In this document: positions 17,607-26,818 of the stretch, piece by piece
How the letters are laid out: each line of letters opens with the position of its first letter
How positions within the stretch are numbered: the first letter of the stretch is position 1
Notes under the pieces: generated by a model
The model's database searches: none
What the model was told of the DNA's origin: nothing
What the model saw: only the letters and a program-made list of their open reading frames with translations
Origin: Halobacteriales archaeon
GTDB taxonomy: Archaea; Halobacteriota; Halobacteria; Halobacteriales; Hikarchaeaceae
Direction: 5' to 3'
Assembly: GCA_034521615.1 (NCBI GenBank)
Contig: JAXHME010000026.1
Coordinates: 99,477 to 163,476 of the forward strand
Length of the DNA: 64,000 nt
Program-made: the position numbers and the translations under genes

Positions 17607-18775
17607 ATGGACGAGCCGTTCCTCCTGCTGAACCCGGGCCCAGTCCCGCTCGCCGAGCCCGTCCGCTCGGCCATGCGCGAGCCCATGGTCTCCCACCGAT
17701 CGTCGGCGTTCGAGGCGGCCTACGGGCGTGCCCAGTCGGGCCTGGACGAGGTGTTCGAGCGGTCGACGGTTGACGGCTCGCGGACGAGCGCTGGCGGGAC
17801 GACGCTCCTGCTCAACGGCACCGCGACGATGGCGATGGAGGCCGCCGTCTCGAACCTCGTCGACCCGGACGACGAGGTCGTCGCGCTGGTGAACGGCAAG
17901 TTCGGCCGGCGGTTCGCCCGGATCGCCGAGCGCTACGCGGCCTGCGAGCGCGTCGAGGCCGACTGGGGCGGCTCGTTCGACCTGGACGCCGTCGCGGCGG
18001 CGATCGACGACGACACGGCCCTCGTGACGATGGTCCACAACGAGACGTCGACCGGGCTGTTGAACCCGGTCGCCGAGGTCGGCGAGCTCGCCGCGGCCCA
18101 CGACGCCCGCTTCGTCGTCGACGGCGTCACCTCCATCGGCGGCGACGAGTTTCGGATCGACGACTGGGGCGTCGACCTCGCGGTGACCGACGCCCAGAAG
18201 GCGCTCGCGGCGCCGCCCGGGATCTCGGCGCTCTACGTGGCCGACCGCGCCGCGGGCGAGCTCGACGGCGACCGCGGGCCGTTCTACCACGACCTCGAGC
18301 GCCACCTCGAGAAGGCGTCGGCGAACCAGACGCCGTTCACGAGCGCCGTGCCGCTGGTCCGGGCGATGGCGGTCGCGGTCGAGGCCATCCACGAGGAGGG
18401 CCTGCCCGCGCGCATCGAGCGCCACCGGCGCTACGCCGCCGCGTTCCGCGACGGGTTCGAGGCCCTCGGGCTCGCGCTGTTCGCCGACCTCGAGGGGCCC
18501 TCGGCCTACTCGAACACCGTGACGGCCGTCCGCCTCCCCGAGGCGCTTCGTGGCGACGCCGAGCCGTTCTTCGACGCGGTCGCGGCCCGGAACGTGGGCA
18601 TAAGCGGAGGGCCAGGCCCACCTCGGCGGCGAGCTCTTCCGGGTGTCGAACATGGGCGAGCTCTCGCCGGCGGACGTCGTCCGTGGCGTGCGGACCGTCG
18701 GCGAGGCGCTGACCGAGGCGGGCGTCGGGCGTCCCGACCGACGCCGGCGTCGACGCCGCCCGGTCGACCCTCTGA
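17607..18775 (+). pseudogene. Class-V (AGXT/SerC-like) pyridoxal-phosphate aminotransferase, two successive frame changes (about 18609-18611 and 18727-18729)
   Basis: It starts MDEPFLLLNPGPVPLAEPV...VHNETSTG...TDAQKALAAPPG. After ...ARNVGISGG the sense continues at +1 (QAHLGGELFRVSNMGELSPADVVRGVRTVGEALTEAGV). It then continues at +2 (PTDAGVDAARSTL*, TGA 18773-18775). Confidence 0.8.
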
Positions 18776-18778
18776 CGC

Positions 18779-19457
18779 TTACTCGAGCACGTCGCGCCGT
18801 CTGAGCAGGGCCGCCAGCTCGTCCATCGACCCGACCGTCTCCCGGGCCACGGCGGCCACCGCGGGCTTCGGGTCGAAGCCGATGGCGAGCCCAGCCACCT
18901 CGAGCATCGGCCGGTCGTTGGCTCCGTCGCCCACCGCGACGGTCTCGGCGAGCCCAAGGCCGAGCTCGTCCGCCAGGCCGGCCAGCGCGTCGTCCTTCGA
19001 CCCCTCGATCAGCGGGCCCTCGACCTCGCCCGTCAGGGCGGCGCCGTCGTCGACGAGCCGGTTGGCCACCACGTGATCGACGTCGACCCCCGCGCGGTCG
19101 AGCGCCGCGGCCACGCCCGCGCTCGAAGCCGCCGGTCAGGATGGCGACCGCAACGCCGGCCGCGTCGAGGGCGCGGAGCAGCTCGGCCGCGCCGGGGCGG
19201 AGCTCGACGCCCGCCAGCGCTCGGTCCACTTCCTCGAGGGAGAGCCCCTCGAAGAGCGCCACCCGCCGGCGGAGGCTCTCGGCGTACTCCAGCTCGCCGG
19301 CCATCGCCCGCTCGGTCACCGCGGCCACCTCGTCGCCCGCGCCGATCGCTCGGCCGAGCAGGACCGTCATCTCCGAGTCGGAGAGCGTGCCGTCGAAGTC
19401 GAAGGCCACCAGCGTCACGGCCTGGGCCACGCCGCCGGGCGACATAGGCGCGTCCAT
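18779..19457 (-). pseudogene. serB: Phosphoserine phosphatase (HAD family), frame broken at about 19116-19118
   Basis: The N-terminal part is ...LVAFDFDGTLSDSEMTV...ILTGGFERG. The C-terminal part is ORF 18779-19114 (AAALDRAGVDVDHVVANRL...VAVGDGANDRPMLEVAGLAIGF). The two parts are one nt out of frame. Confidence 0.8.
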
Positions 19458-19540
19458 CCGGCGCGCCCGAGGGGGCTGCGCGACCGGCCACCCCCGTCGA
19501 CGTGAGAACCCTTATCCCCGGTCGCGGGCGAGCCCCGGCC

Positions 19541-21124
19541 GTGAAGGTTCTCGTCACGGACCCCGTCGCCGACGCCGGGATCGAGCGGCTCCGCGAGGCG
19601 GGCCACGCGGTCGAGACGGCCTACGACCTCGAGGGCGCCAGCCTCCACGAGGCGATCGCCGACGCGCACGGGCTCGTCGTTCGCTCGGGAACACAGGTCG
19701 ACGCCGCCCTCCTGGACGCGGCCCCGGAGCTCATCGTCGTGGCTCGGGCCGGAATCGGCGTCGACAACATCGACATCGCCGCGGCCACCGAGCGGGGCGT
19801 CGTCGTCGCGAACACGCCCGAGGGGAACGTCCGCGCGGCCGCCGAGCACACCGTCGCGATGACGTTCGCCACCGCGCGGTCGATCCCGGCGGCCCACGCC
19901 CGGCTGTGCGCCGGCGAGTGGGCGAAGGGAGACTACCTCGGCACCGAGCTCGCGGGCAAGACCCTCGGCGTCGTCGGCCTCGGCCGCGTCGGCCAGGAGG
20001 TCGCCAAGAAGCTCGACGGGCTCGGCATGGACGTCGTCGCGTTCGACCCCTACATCAGCACGGAGCTGGCGGCCCGGGTCGGCGCGGAGCTGGCCGAGCT
20101 CGACGCCGTGCTCGACCGCGCGGACGTCCTCACCATCCACACCCCGCTCACCGACGAGACGGCGGGTCTGATCGGGGCGGCCGAGCTCGAGCGGCTCGCG
20201 GGCGGCTACGTCGTCAACTGCGCCCGCGGCGGCATCGTCGACGAGCCCGCGCTGGCGGCCGCCGTCGCCGACGGCACGCTGGCGGGCGCGGCGGTCGACG
20301 TGTTCGCCGAGGAGCCCGTCGACCCCGACAACCCCCTGCTCTCGACCGACGGCGTCGTCGTGACGCCCCACCTCGGGGCCTCGACCGCGGCCGCCCAGGA
20401 GGCCGTCGCGGTCGACGCCGCCGAGCAGGTGCTGGCCGCCCTCGAGGGCCGCCCGGTGGCGAACGCGCTCAACCTGCCGTCGATGGACGCGACGGCGTTC
20501 GAGCGCATCGAACCGTACGTCGAGCTCGCCGAGACCGCGGGGAAGGTCGCGACCCAGCTGCTCGGCGAGCGCATCGAAAGCGTGGAGGTCCGCTACCAGG
20601 GAGCGGTCGCCGAGGAGGACGTCGAGTACGTGACGGCGTGGGCGCTCAAGGGCGTGTTCGCGCCGCTCGAGTGGCAGGTCAACGCCGTGAACGCGCCGCG
20701 CGTGGCCGCCGAGCGCGGCGTCGAGGTCGAGGAGGTGAAGGCCCGAACATCCGACGAGTTCCAGAGCCTCGTCACCGTGACCGTGGGGAGCGACGGGCGG
20801 TCGCTGTCGGTCAGCGGCACGCTGTTCGCCGACGGCGACGCCCGGATCGTCCGCGTCGACGGCTTCCGGGTCGACGCGGTGCCCTACGGCCGGATGGTCG
20901 TCACCCGGAACGCCGACGTGCCGGGCGTCCTCGGCCTCATCGGCTCGGTGATGGGCGAGTTCGACGTCAACATCGCGGGCATGTTCAACGCGCGCGAGAA
21001 GGTGGGCGGCGAGGCGCTGACGGTCTACAACGTCGACGACCCGGTGCCCGAGGCCGCCGTCGACCGGCTGCTCGACGACGAGCGGGTCACCGAGGTCCGG
21101 ATCATCGTCCTCGACGACGAGTAG
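19541..21124 (+). CDS. serA: D-3-phosphoglycerate dehydrogenase with C-terminal ACT domain
   Basis: GTG start at 19541 (VKVLVTDP...). It has GKTLGVVGLGRVGQEVA, NCARGGIVDE and a C-terminal ACT-like region. Confidence 0.9.
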   Translation: MKVLVTDPVADAGIERLREAGHAVETAYDLEGASLHEAIADAHGLVVRSGTQVDAALLDAAPELIVVARAGIGVDNIDIAAATERGVVVANTPEGNVRAAAEHTVAMTFATARSIPAAHARLCAGEWAKGDYLGTELAGKTLGVVGLGRVGQEVAKKLDGLGMDVVAFDPYISTELAARVGAELAELDAVLDRADVLTIHTPLTDETAGLIGAAELERLAGGYVVNCARGGIVDEPALAAAVADGTLAGAAVDVFAEEPVDPDNPLLSTDGVVVTPHLGASTAAAQEAVAVDAAEQVLAALEGRPVANALNLPSMDATAFERIEPYVELAETAGKVATQLLGERIESVEVRYQGAVAEEDVEYVTAWALKGVFAPLEWQVNAVNAPRVAAERGVEVEEVKARTSDEFQSLVTVTVGSDGRSLSVSGTLFADGDARIVRVDGFRVDAVPYGRMVVTRNADVPGVLGLIGSVMGEFDVNIAGMFNAREKVGGEALTVYNVDDPVPEAAVDRLLDDERVTEVRIIVLDDE

Positions 21125-21133
21125 CGCCCCGCG

Positions 21134-22279
21134 TCAGGCCGGGAGCCGGCAGTCGCGGGTGTCCTCGGTGAACATCGAGAGGAACCGGGCGTACGGCGTG
21201 CCGCCCGTGCCCTCCGCCTCGCCCTCGGCGAGGTAGGCCGACACCACCTCCACGTGGAGCTCCCGGAAGCGCACCATCGCGTCGACGGCGTCGTTGTAGG
21301 CGGTGCGGACGTCGCCCCCGGCCTCGGCGGCGTACCCCCGGATGGCCGGGCCGTCGGCGGCCGCCTCGACGAAGGCCCGGTGGGCCGGCGGCATGTCCGC
21401 CCGGAGCGACTCGAGGTGCTCGACGAGCGGGTTGTCGCCGTGGTCGACGCCCACGGCCGCGTCGAGCGCGGGGAAGACGCTGGACTGGGCCCCCGACGCG
21501 CCGCGGAACGTCTGTGGACCTTCGAGCGCGTCGACGCCCTCGTACTCGACGCCGCGGAGGGCCTCGAGGTAGGGGCGGAAGCCCTGGTCGTACCGCTCGG
21601 GGGCGTTGTGCTCGCGCATGCGGTCGAGCAGCGCGATGAGGTCGTGGAGGCCCTCCTCGACGGTCCGGAGCGCCCGGACGAGGTCGGCGTCGTCGCCGTC
21701 GGCGACCGCCGCCTGGGCCGGCCCGATGGCGGCCAGGGCGGGCCCGGCCGCGCTCTCGATCGCCACGTGGATGACGACGAACCAGCGCTCGTCCGGGAGG
21801 CCCGAGAACCGGTGGATCGCCTCGAGGTCCTGGGGGCCCATCCCGGCCGCCGAGTCGAGGCGGCGCCAGTTGTACAGCGCGTAGGCGTCGTAGGAGAGCA
21901 CCGGCGTGCGGCCGAGCGCCGACGCGGCGTCGGACAGCGGGACCGCGATTCCCGCGGGCAGCACGTCGACGTCCGGGGACCCGCGCTGGTTGACGTAGCC
22001 GTTCGCGAGGAAGCCGCAGACGGTGTAGGCCCGCTCGGTCTCCCGCGTCGAGCGCCCCTCGAGCCAGCCGTCCGGCGGCGGCTCGAGCCCGTCGACCTCG
22101 TCCCGGAGCTCGCCGGCGGCCAGCAGGTCGTCGAGCCCGTTCGCCAGCTCGTCGAGCCGCGAGAGGAACGGCGGCGCGTCCGCGCCGAACGAGGCGAGCG
22201 GCGGCTCGTCGGGGAGGAAGCCGTGCTCGGCGCTGACGCCGAACCGCTCGAGATCGGTGGTGGGGACCGGGCCGGCCAT
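21134..22279 (-). CDS. Indoleamine 2,3-dioxygenase (IDO) family heme dioxygenase
   Basis: RGASGAQSSVFPALDAAVGV matches human IDO GGSAGQSSVFQCFDVLLGI. LRADMPPAHRAFV matches MRRYMPPAHRNFL. RFRELHVEVVSAYL matches the proximal-His helix. The start is taken at MAGPVPTT (22279); 22306 is also possible. Confidence 0.8.
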   Translation of the reverse strand: MAGPVPTTDLERFGVSAEHGFLPDEPPLASFGADAPPFLSRLDELANGLDDLLAAGELRDEVDGLEPPPDGWLEGRSTRETERAYTVCGFLANGYVNQRGSPDVDVLPAGIAVPLSDAASALGRTPVLSYDAYALYNWRRLDSAAGMGPQDLEAIHRFSGLPDERWFVVIHVAIESAAGPALAAIGPAQAAVADGDDADLVRALRTVEEGLHDLIALLDRMREHNAPERYDQGFRPYLEALRGVEYEGVDALEGPQTFRGASGAQSSVFPALDAAVGVDHGDNPLVEHLESLRADMPPAHRAFVEAAADGPAIRGYAAEAGGDVRTAYNDAVDAMVRFRELHVEVVSAYLAEGEAEGTGGTPYARFLSMFTEDTRDCRLPA

Positions 22280-22442
22280 CTGGGCCGGTGGAGGAGGAGG
22301 CGCCACCTAAAGCTGCGCCCTCGGGCGGCTGCCATGGCTGTCCACCGATGGGGCGATGGGTGCGTCGGGCGCCAACCCTGTCCGGCGACGGCGGTCGGTG
22401 ACCACCGCAACACCCAACCCGCCGGCCGGCCAGCCACCCGCC

Positions 22443-23729
22443 ATGGACGACGCGTTCGAGCCCACCCGCGAGCACGCCCGCGAGCGGGACCACGCGGCGC
22501 CGCTGGCCCTCGCGGACCGGTTCTCGCTGCCCGACCCGCTCTACCTCGACGGCAACTCGCTGGGGCCGCTGTCCGACGCCGCCGAGGCGGCGGTCGAGAG
22601 CGTCCTCGAGGAGTGGCGCGAGCTCGGCATCCGCGCCTGGACCGACGCCGACCCGCCGTGGTTCCACTATGGCGAGCACCTCGGCGACCGACTCGCGCCG
22701 TTGGTCGGCGCCCGCCCCGACGAGGTCGTCGCCGCGAACTCGACGACCGTCAACATCCACACGCTGCTCGGGACGTTCCTCGACCGCTGCGCCCGGGAGG
22801 GCCGCGGCCGGAAGGTGCTCGTCGACGCTCTCGACTTCCCGACCGACCACTACGCCATCCGGGGCCAGCTGCAGGCCCGCGGCCTGGACCCCGACGAGCA
22901 CCTGGTCGTCGTCGAGTCCGACGACGGCCGGACGGTCTCCGAGTCGGCCGTCGAATCAGCCCTCGACGCCCACCCCGAGGTCGGGATCGTCTTCCTGCCC
23001 TCCGTGCTCTACCGGTCGGGCCAGCTGCTCGACGTCGAGCGGCTGACCCGGGCCGCCCACGACCACGACGCCTACGCGGGCTTCGACCTCGCCCATACGG
23101 TCGGGCTCGTCCCCCACGAGCTGGCGGGCCACGGCGTCGACTTCGCCGTCTGGTGCACCTACAAGTACCTCAACGCCGGGCCGGGCTCGATCGGCGGGCT
23201 CTACGTGAACCGGGCCTACCACGGCGAGCAGCCGGGGCTGCCGGGCTGGTGGGGCCACGAGAAGGAGAGCCAGTTCGAGATGCGGATGCAGTACACGCCC
23301 GCCGAGACCGCGGGTGCCTGGCAGATCGGGACGGTACCGGTGCTCGCCGCCGCGCCGCTGCTCGGCGTCCTCGACCTGGTCGAGGCGGCCGGGCTCGACC
23401 GGCTGCGCGAGCGCTCGGTGGCGCTCACGGCGTACCTCATCGCCCTCGTCGACGAGCGGCTGCCGTCGTGTACCGTCGGGACGCCCCGCGAGGCCGACCG
23501 CCGGGGCGGCCACGTCGCGATCGAGCACCCCGAGGCCTACCGGCTGGGCGAGGCGCTGAAGGACCGCGGCGTGGTCGTCGACGTCCGCCCGCCGGACGTC
23601 GTCCGCCTCTGCCCGTCGCCGTACTTCGTCGGCTTCGAGGACGTCTACGACGCGGTCGACATCCTCCACGACGTCCTCGACGAGCGGGCGTACGAGGCCT
23701 ACGGCGCGGCGGGCGACGGGGTGACCTGA
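22443..23729 (+). CDS. kynU: Kynureninase
   Basis: Start at MDDAFEPTRE (ATG 22443). The sequence reads YLDGNSLGPLS...WCTYKYLNAGPG...WWGH. It is about 428 aa, a PLP fold-type I protein. Confidence 0.85.
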   Translation: MDDAFEPTREHARERDHAAPLALADRFSLPDPLYLDGNSLGPLSDAAEAAVESVLEEWRELGIRAWTDADPPWFHYGEHLGDRLAPLVGARPDEVVAANSTTVNIHTLLGTFLDRCAREGRGRKVLVDALDFPTDHYAIRGQLQARGLDPDEHLVVVESDDGRTVSESAVESALDAHPEVGIVFLPSVLYRSGQLLDVERLTRAAHDHDAYAGFDLAHTVGLVPHELAGHGVDFAVWCTYKYLNAGPGSIGGLYVNRAYHGEQPGLPGWWGHEKESQFEMRMQYTPAETAGAWQIGTVPVLAAAPLLGVLDLVEAAGLDRLRERSVALTAYLIALVDERLPSCTVGTPREADRRGGHVAIEHPEAYRLGEALKDRGVVVDVRPPDVVRLCPSPYFVGFEDVYDAVDILHDVLDERAYEAYGAAGDGVT

Positions 23730-23730
23730 G

Positions 23731-24667
23731 ATGGCGGCGCACGCCGACGCGCTCGACCCGGAGCTCGCGGCGGTGATCGAGGCGTTCCAGGACCAGGGGC
23801 TGCCGGCCTGGCACTCGCTGTCGGTGGGGTCGGCCCGCGAGCTCGAGGACGAGCTCTTCTCGGGCGGGAGCGGCCCCGAGCTGGCGTCCGTACGGGACGT
23901 CCGCATCGACGGGCCCGGCGGCGAGCTCCCCGTCCGGCTCTACCGGCCGGCGGCCGAGGACCCGCCGACGCTGGTGTTCTACCACGGGGGCGGCTGGGTG
24001 CTCGGCACGCTCGACTCGGCCGACGACATCTGCCGCGAGCTGGCCGGTCGCACCGGCGCGCTCGTCTGCTCGGTCGGCTACCGGCTGGCGCCCGAGCACC
24101 CGTTCCCCGCCGGGGTCGACGACGCGTTCGCCGCGCTGCAGTGGGCGTCGCTGCACGCCCGCGAGCTCGGCGCCGACCCCGACCGGCTCGGCGTGGCCGG
24201 CACGAGCGCGGGCGGGAACCTCGCCGCCGCGACGGCCCGCCGGGCGCGGGATCGGGGCCCCGAGCTGGCGGGGCAGTTCCTGCTGTACCCCATCGTCGAC
24301 CCGGCCCTCGACACGCCCTCCTACGACGAGCACGGCGACAGCCCGCTGCTCTCGAAGGCCGACATGGCCTGGTTCTGGGACCGCTATCTGCGGAGCCCGG
24401 TCGACCGGGCGAACCCCTACGCGAACCTCGCGGCCGCCGAGGACCTCGCGGGGCTTCGCGCCGGCGACCGTGCTCACCGCGGGCTTCGACGTGCTCCGCG
24501 ACGAGGGCGCGGCGTACGCCGACGCGCTGGCCGACGCCGGCGTGCCGACCGACCACGACCACTACCCCGCGCTCGCCCACGGCTTCCTGAGCCTCACGGA
24601 CGACGTTTCGGCGGCCGACGAGGCGATGGATGCGCTGGCCGAGCGGGTTCGGGACCGGCTCGGCTGA
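23731..24667 (+). pseudogene. Alpha/beta-hydrolase fold-3 esterase (HGGG / GTSAGG); candidate kynurenine formamidase; frame broken at about 24456-24461
   Basis: It has the oxyanion motif FYHGGGWV and the nucleophile elbow GVAGTSAGGN. After ...AAAEDLAGL the sense continues in ORF 24470-24667 (…TVLTAGFDVLRDEG...ALAHGF...). It starts 2 nt after the kynU stop. Confidence 0.7.
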
Positions 24668-24703
24668 CCGGCGCCTGGGCCTGGACGCCCGCGTAGCCGA
24701 TGG

Positions 24704-25405
24704 CTAGAGGTCCGAGAGCCGGCGCTCCGCCCGCGCCAGTGCCGAGTCCTCCCCGCGGAGGTGCTCGCCGATCGCCCGGGCGGCCTCGAGGAGCCCCTCG
24801 GCCTCCGACGGCGGGACGTCCCCGTCCAGCGCCTCGACCCGCCGGACGTGATCGCGGAGGGTGCCGAGCACCCGTTGGGCGTCGGCGTCCGGATGCTCCG
24901 TCAGGTGCCGCGAGAGGTCCGCCCGGTACCGCTCGACGGCGGCCGCGATCGCGCGGCCCCGGACCGCCTCGAACCCGACCGGCAGCTCGTCGGGGCGCTC
25001 GCCGTCGGGGGCGCCGCGGAGCAGCGCGAGGAGGTACCACTCGGCCGCCTCGTCGGCCGCCATCGAGCGCTTGAGGTGGTCGGCGGCCGCCCGGAGCTCG
25101 GCCGCCGCCACCGTCACGTCGTCGAGCGGCCGGAGCTCGCCGGCGTCGAGGAACCCCCGCTCGGCCAGGAAGGCCCGCGCCGCGTCGGCCGCCAGCCGCG
25201 CGACCTCCCGAACCGGCTCCTCCCCGGCCGCGCGCCGGGCGGCGTCGAGATCCAGCGCGGCGCCACCCGCCGTGTGGAGGGCGCCCTCCTCGTCGATCGC
25301 CCGGCTCCGGACGCTGCCGCAGGCCGGGCACTCGACGGCGCCGGTCTCGAAGTAGGACCACCGCTCGCCGCAGTCGGCGCACTCCCGGCGGCCCCGGAGC
25401 TTCAT
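24704..25405 (-). CDS. Zinc-ribbon protein, function unknown (233 aa)
   Basis: Start at MKLRGRRECADCGERWSYFETGAVECPACGS (ATG 25405), with two CxxC pairs. The remainder is helical and acidic. Confidence 0.5.
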   Translation of the reverse strand: MKLRGRRECADCGERWSYFETGAVECPACGSVRSRAIDEEGALHTAGGAALDLDAARRAAGEEPVREVARLAADAARAFLAERGFLDAGELRPLDDVTVAAAELRAAADHLKRSMAADEAAEWYLLALLRGAPDGERPDELPVGFEAVRGRAIAAAVERYRADLSRHLTEHPDADAQRVLGTLRDHVRRVEALDGDVPPSEAEGLLEAARAIGEHLRGEDSALARAERRLSDL

Positions 25406-25534
25406 GGCCCGACGCTTCACCCCACGGCGGGAAAACCGCGTTGGTGGCCCCGGCGGCGCCCGCACGGGGGCCGGCGTCCTCGCGGACCCACTCCCACCCC
25501 AAGACGGTTGAACCGGGGCCGCCAACAGCGGGGC

Positions 25535-25681
25535 ATGCGCTCGGAGGCAGAGGTCCGCGAGCAGTACGAGTTCCTCGCGGCGGAGCTCGACGACGAGGAG
25601 ATGCGCCACGAGGGCGTCCGCCAGCTCTTCAGCCACTACCGGCGGGCGCTCGGCTGGGTGCTCGAGGAGGAGCACCTCTGA
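25535..25681 (+). CDS. Small acidic hypothetical protein (48 aa)
   Basis: ATG at 25535. MRSEAEVREQYEFLAAELDDEEMRHEGVRQLFSHYRRALGWVLEEEHL* is protein-like and is the only sensible reading of this gap. Confidence 0.4.
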   Translation: MRSEAEVREQYEFLAAELDDEEMRHEGVRQLFSHYRRALGWVLEEEHL

Positions 25682-25715
25682 CTGCCGGACGCCGATTCGG
25701 GCGCCCCTGGCGGTA

Positions 25716-25723
25716 GTTTTAAG
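25716..25723 (+). promoter_or_regulatory. TATA-like box (GTTTTAAG)
   Basis: An isolated AT-rich octamer about 25-30 nt upstream of the first hairpin at 25747. No protein-coding ORF follows it. Confidence 0.35.
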
Positions 25724-25746
25724 GCTATACCAGGGCTACCGAGCTG

Positions 25747-25828
25747 TGACGCTTCGTCTTGGAGGGCCGAAGCGTCAGCGGGGACCAATTCAGGGCGGCA
25801 GCGGACCGCGGATTTTCCGCGGTCCGCT
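25747..25828 (+). ncRNA. Candidate small structured RNA (or 3'-UTR/terminator element): two perfect hairpins
   Basis: Hairpin 1 is TGACGCTTCG(25747-25756)/CGAAGCGTCA(25768-25777). Hairpin 2 is AGCGGACCGCGG(25800-25811)-ATTTT-CCGCGGTCCGCT(25817-25828). TCCTTTC follows on the plus strand. Confidence 0.3.
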
Positions 25829-25891
25829 TCCTTTCGACCGTTCTCGAGCGGTCGCGCCGGCCTCCTCGACCGCCGCGTGCGAACCGGGCGC

Positions 25892-26176
25892 TCACTCGAT
25901 CGAGAGGTCGCCGCCCGCGCCGTCGCCGCCGTCCTCGGGCCACTCCAGCTCCAGCTCGACGCTGAGCTCGTCGGGCGAGGCCCCGCGCGACGTCTCGCGC
26001 TCGACCTTCACCTCGAAGGTGGGCCGCGCCGACGGCTCGACGGTGACCGACCGCTCGCCGGCCGAGAAGGTGATCGGCCCGCCGGCGTCGAGCTTGTCGG
26101 CGACCGACCGCAGGTAGCTGGCGACCTCCGCGCGTGACTGTCGACGCTCGTCCTCGAACAGGACCTCTTCGGGCAT
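25892..26176 (-). CDS. Amphi-Trp domain protein
   Basis: Start at MPEEVLFEDERRQSRAEVASYLRSVADKLDAG (ATG 26176). It continues ...FSAGERSVTVEPSARPTFEVKVERE...LELEW, which is typical of the family. Confidence 0.6.
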   Translation of the reverse strand: MPEEVLFEDERRQSRAEVASYLRSVADKLDAGGPITFSAGERSVTVEPSARPTFEVKVERETSRGASPDELSVELELEWPEDGGDGAGGDLSIE

Positions 26177-26221
26177 GGACACTGGTAGGCGGGGTCGGGG
26201 GATAAGGCTGTCCGGCGGCAC

Positions 26222-26818
26222 TCAGACCCGCCGCGCCGCGATAGCGCCACCGAGCGCGATCCACGCAATCCCGTACGGCACAACGAGGCCGAGGACGAAG
26301 GCGAGGTTGCCCCCACCCGATTGGGCGAGGAGCCCCCCGACGGCAGCGCCGACGGGCATCGCGAGCCCGAAGCCCGCCGCGAGGCCGGCCGGCCAGGCGC
26401 CGGACCGGCGGGCGGCGAGGCCGGCGCCGAGGCTCCCGATCGCGACCGCGAGGAGCCCGGCGAAGAAGACTAGCGGGACGAGCTGAGCCACGTCCGATGG
26501 CAGTCGGCCGCTGGGAAACAGGCTGCCCGGCAGCAGCAGCACGAACCCCGCGCCGGCGATGACGGCGCCGCGGCGGCCCCAGCGCTCGGCCGTGGCGGGG
26601 AACCGGCGGTAGAGCCCCACCGTCCCCGCGAGCATCCCCACGACCGACAGCCCGGCGAACTGGAACAGCGCCCCGGGCGGTCCGAGGCTCGACAGGCCGA
26701 CGGCGCCCGCCTCGACGCCGTAGAAGGCCAACGCTCCCACGACCGGTATCCCGGCCCAGACCAGCCCCCCAACGGCCCCGGCGAGCCCGAGCGCCCGGTC
26801 CAGGCCGTCAGAGCTCAC
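26222..26818 (-). CDS. Polytopic membrane protein, function unknown
   Basis: Gly/Ala/Leu-rich TM segments. The probable GTG start at 26818 overlaps the upstream gene's stop by 11 nt. The N-terminal extension in the track is Arg-rich junk. Confidence 0.5.
   Translation of the reverse strand: MSSDGLDRALGLAGAVGGLVWAGIPVVGALAFYGVEAGAVGLSSLGPPGALFQFAGLSVVGMLAGTVGLYRRFPATAERWGRRGAVIAGAGFVLLLPGSLFPSGRLPSDVAQLVPLVFFAGLLAVAIGSLGAGLAARRSGAWPAGLAAGFGLAMPVGAAVGGLLAQSGGGNLAFVLGLVVPYGIAWIALGGAIAARRV

Noticed and set aside
25815-25826. The 12-mer TTCCGCGGTCCG shared between the hairpin at 25.8 kb and the AI-2E/MgtC intergenic region (28511-28522).
   Set aside because: Chance 12-nt matches are expected many times over in 64 kb of compositionally biased DNA. 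No extended similarity is seen around it.
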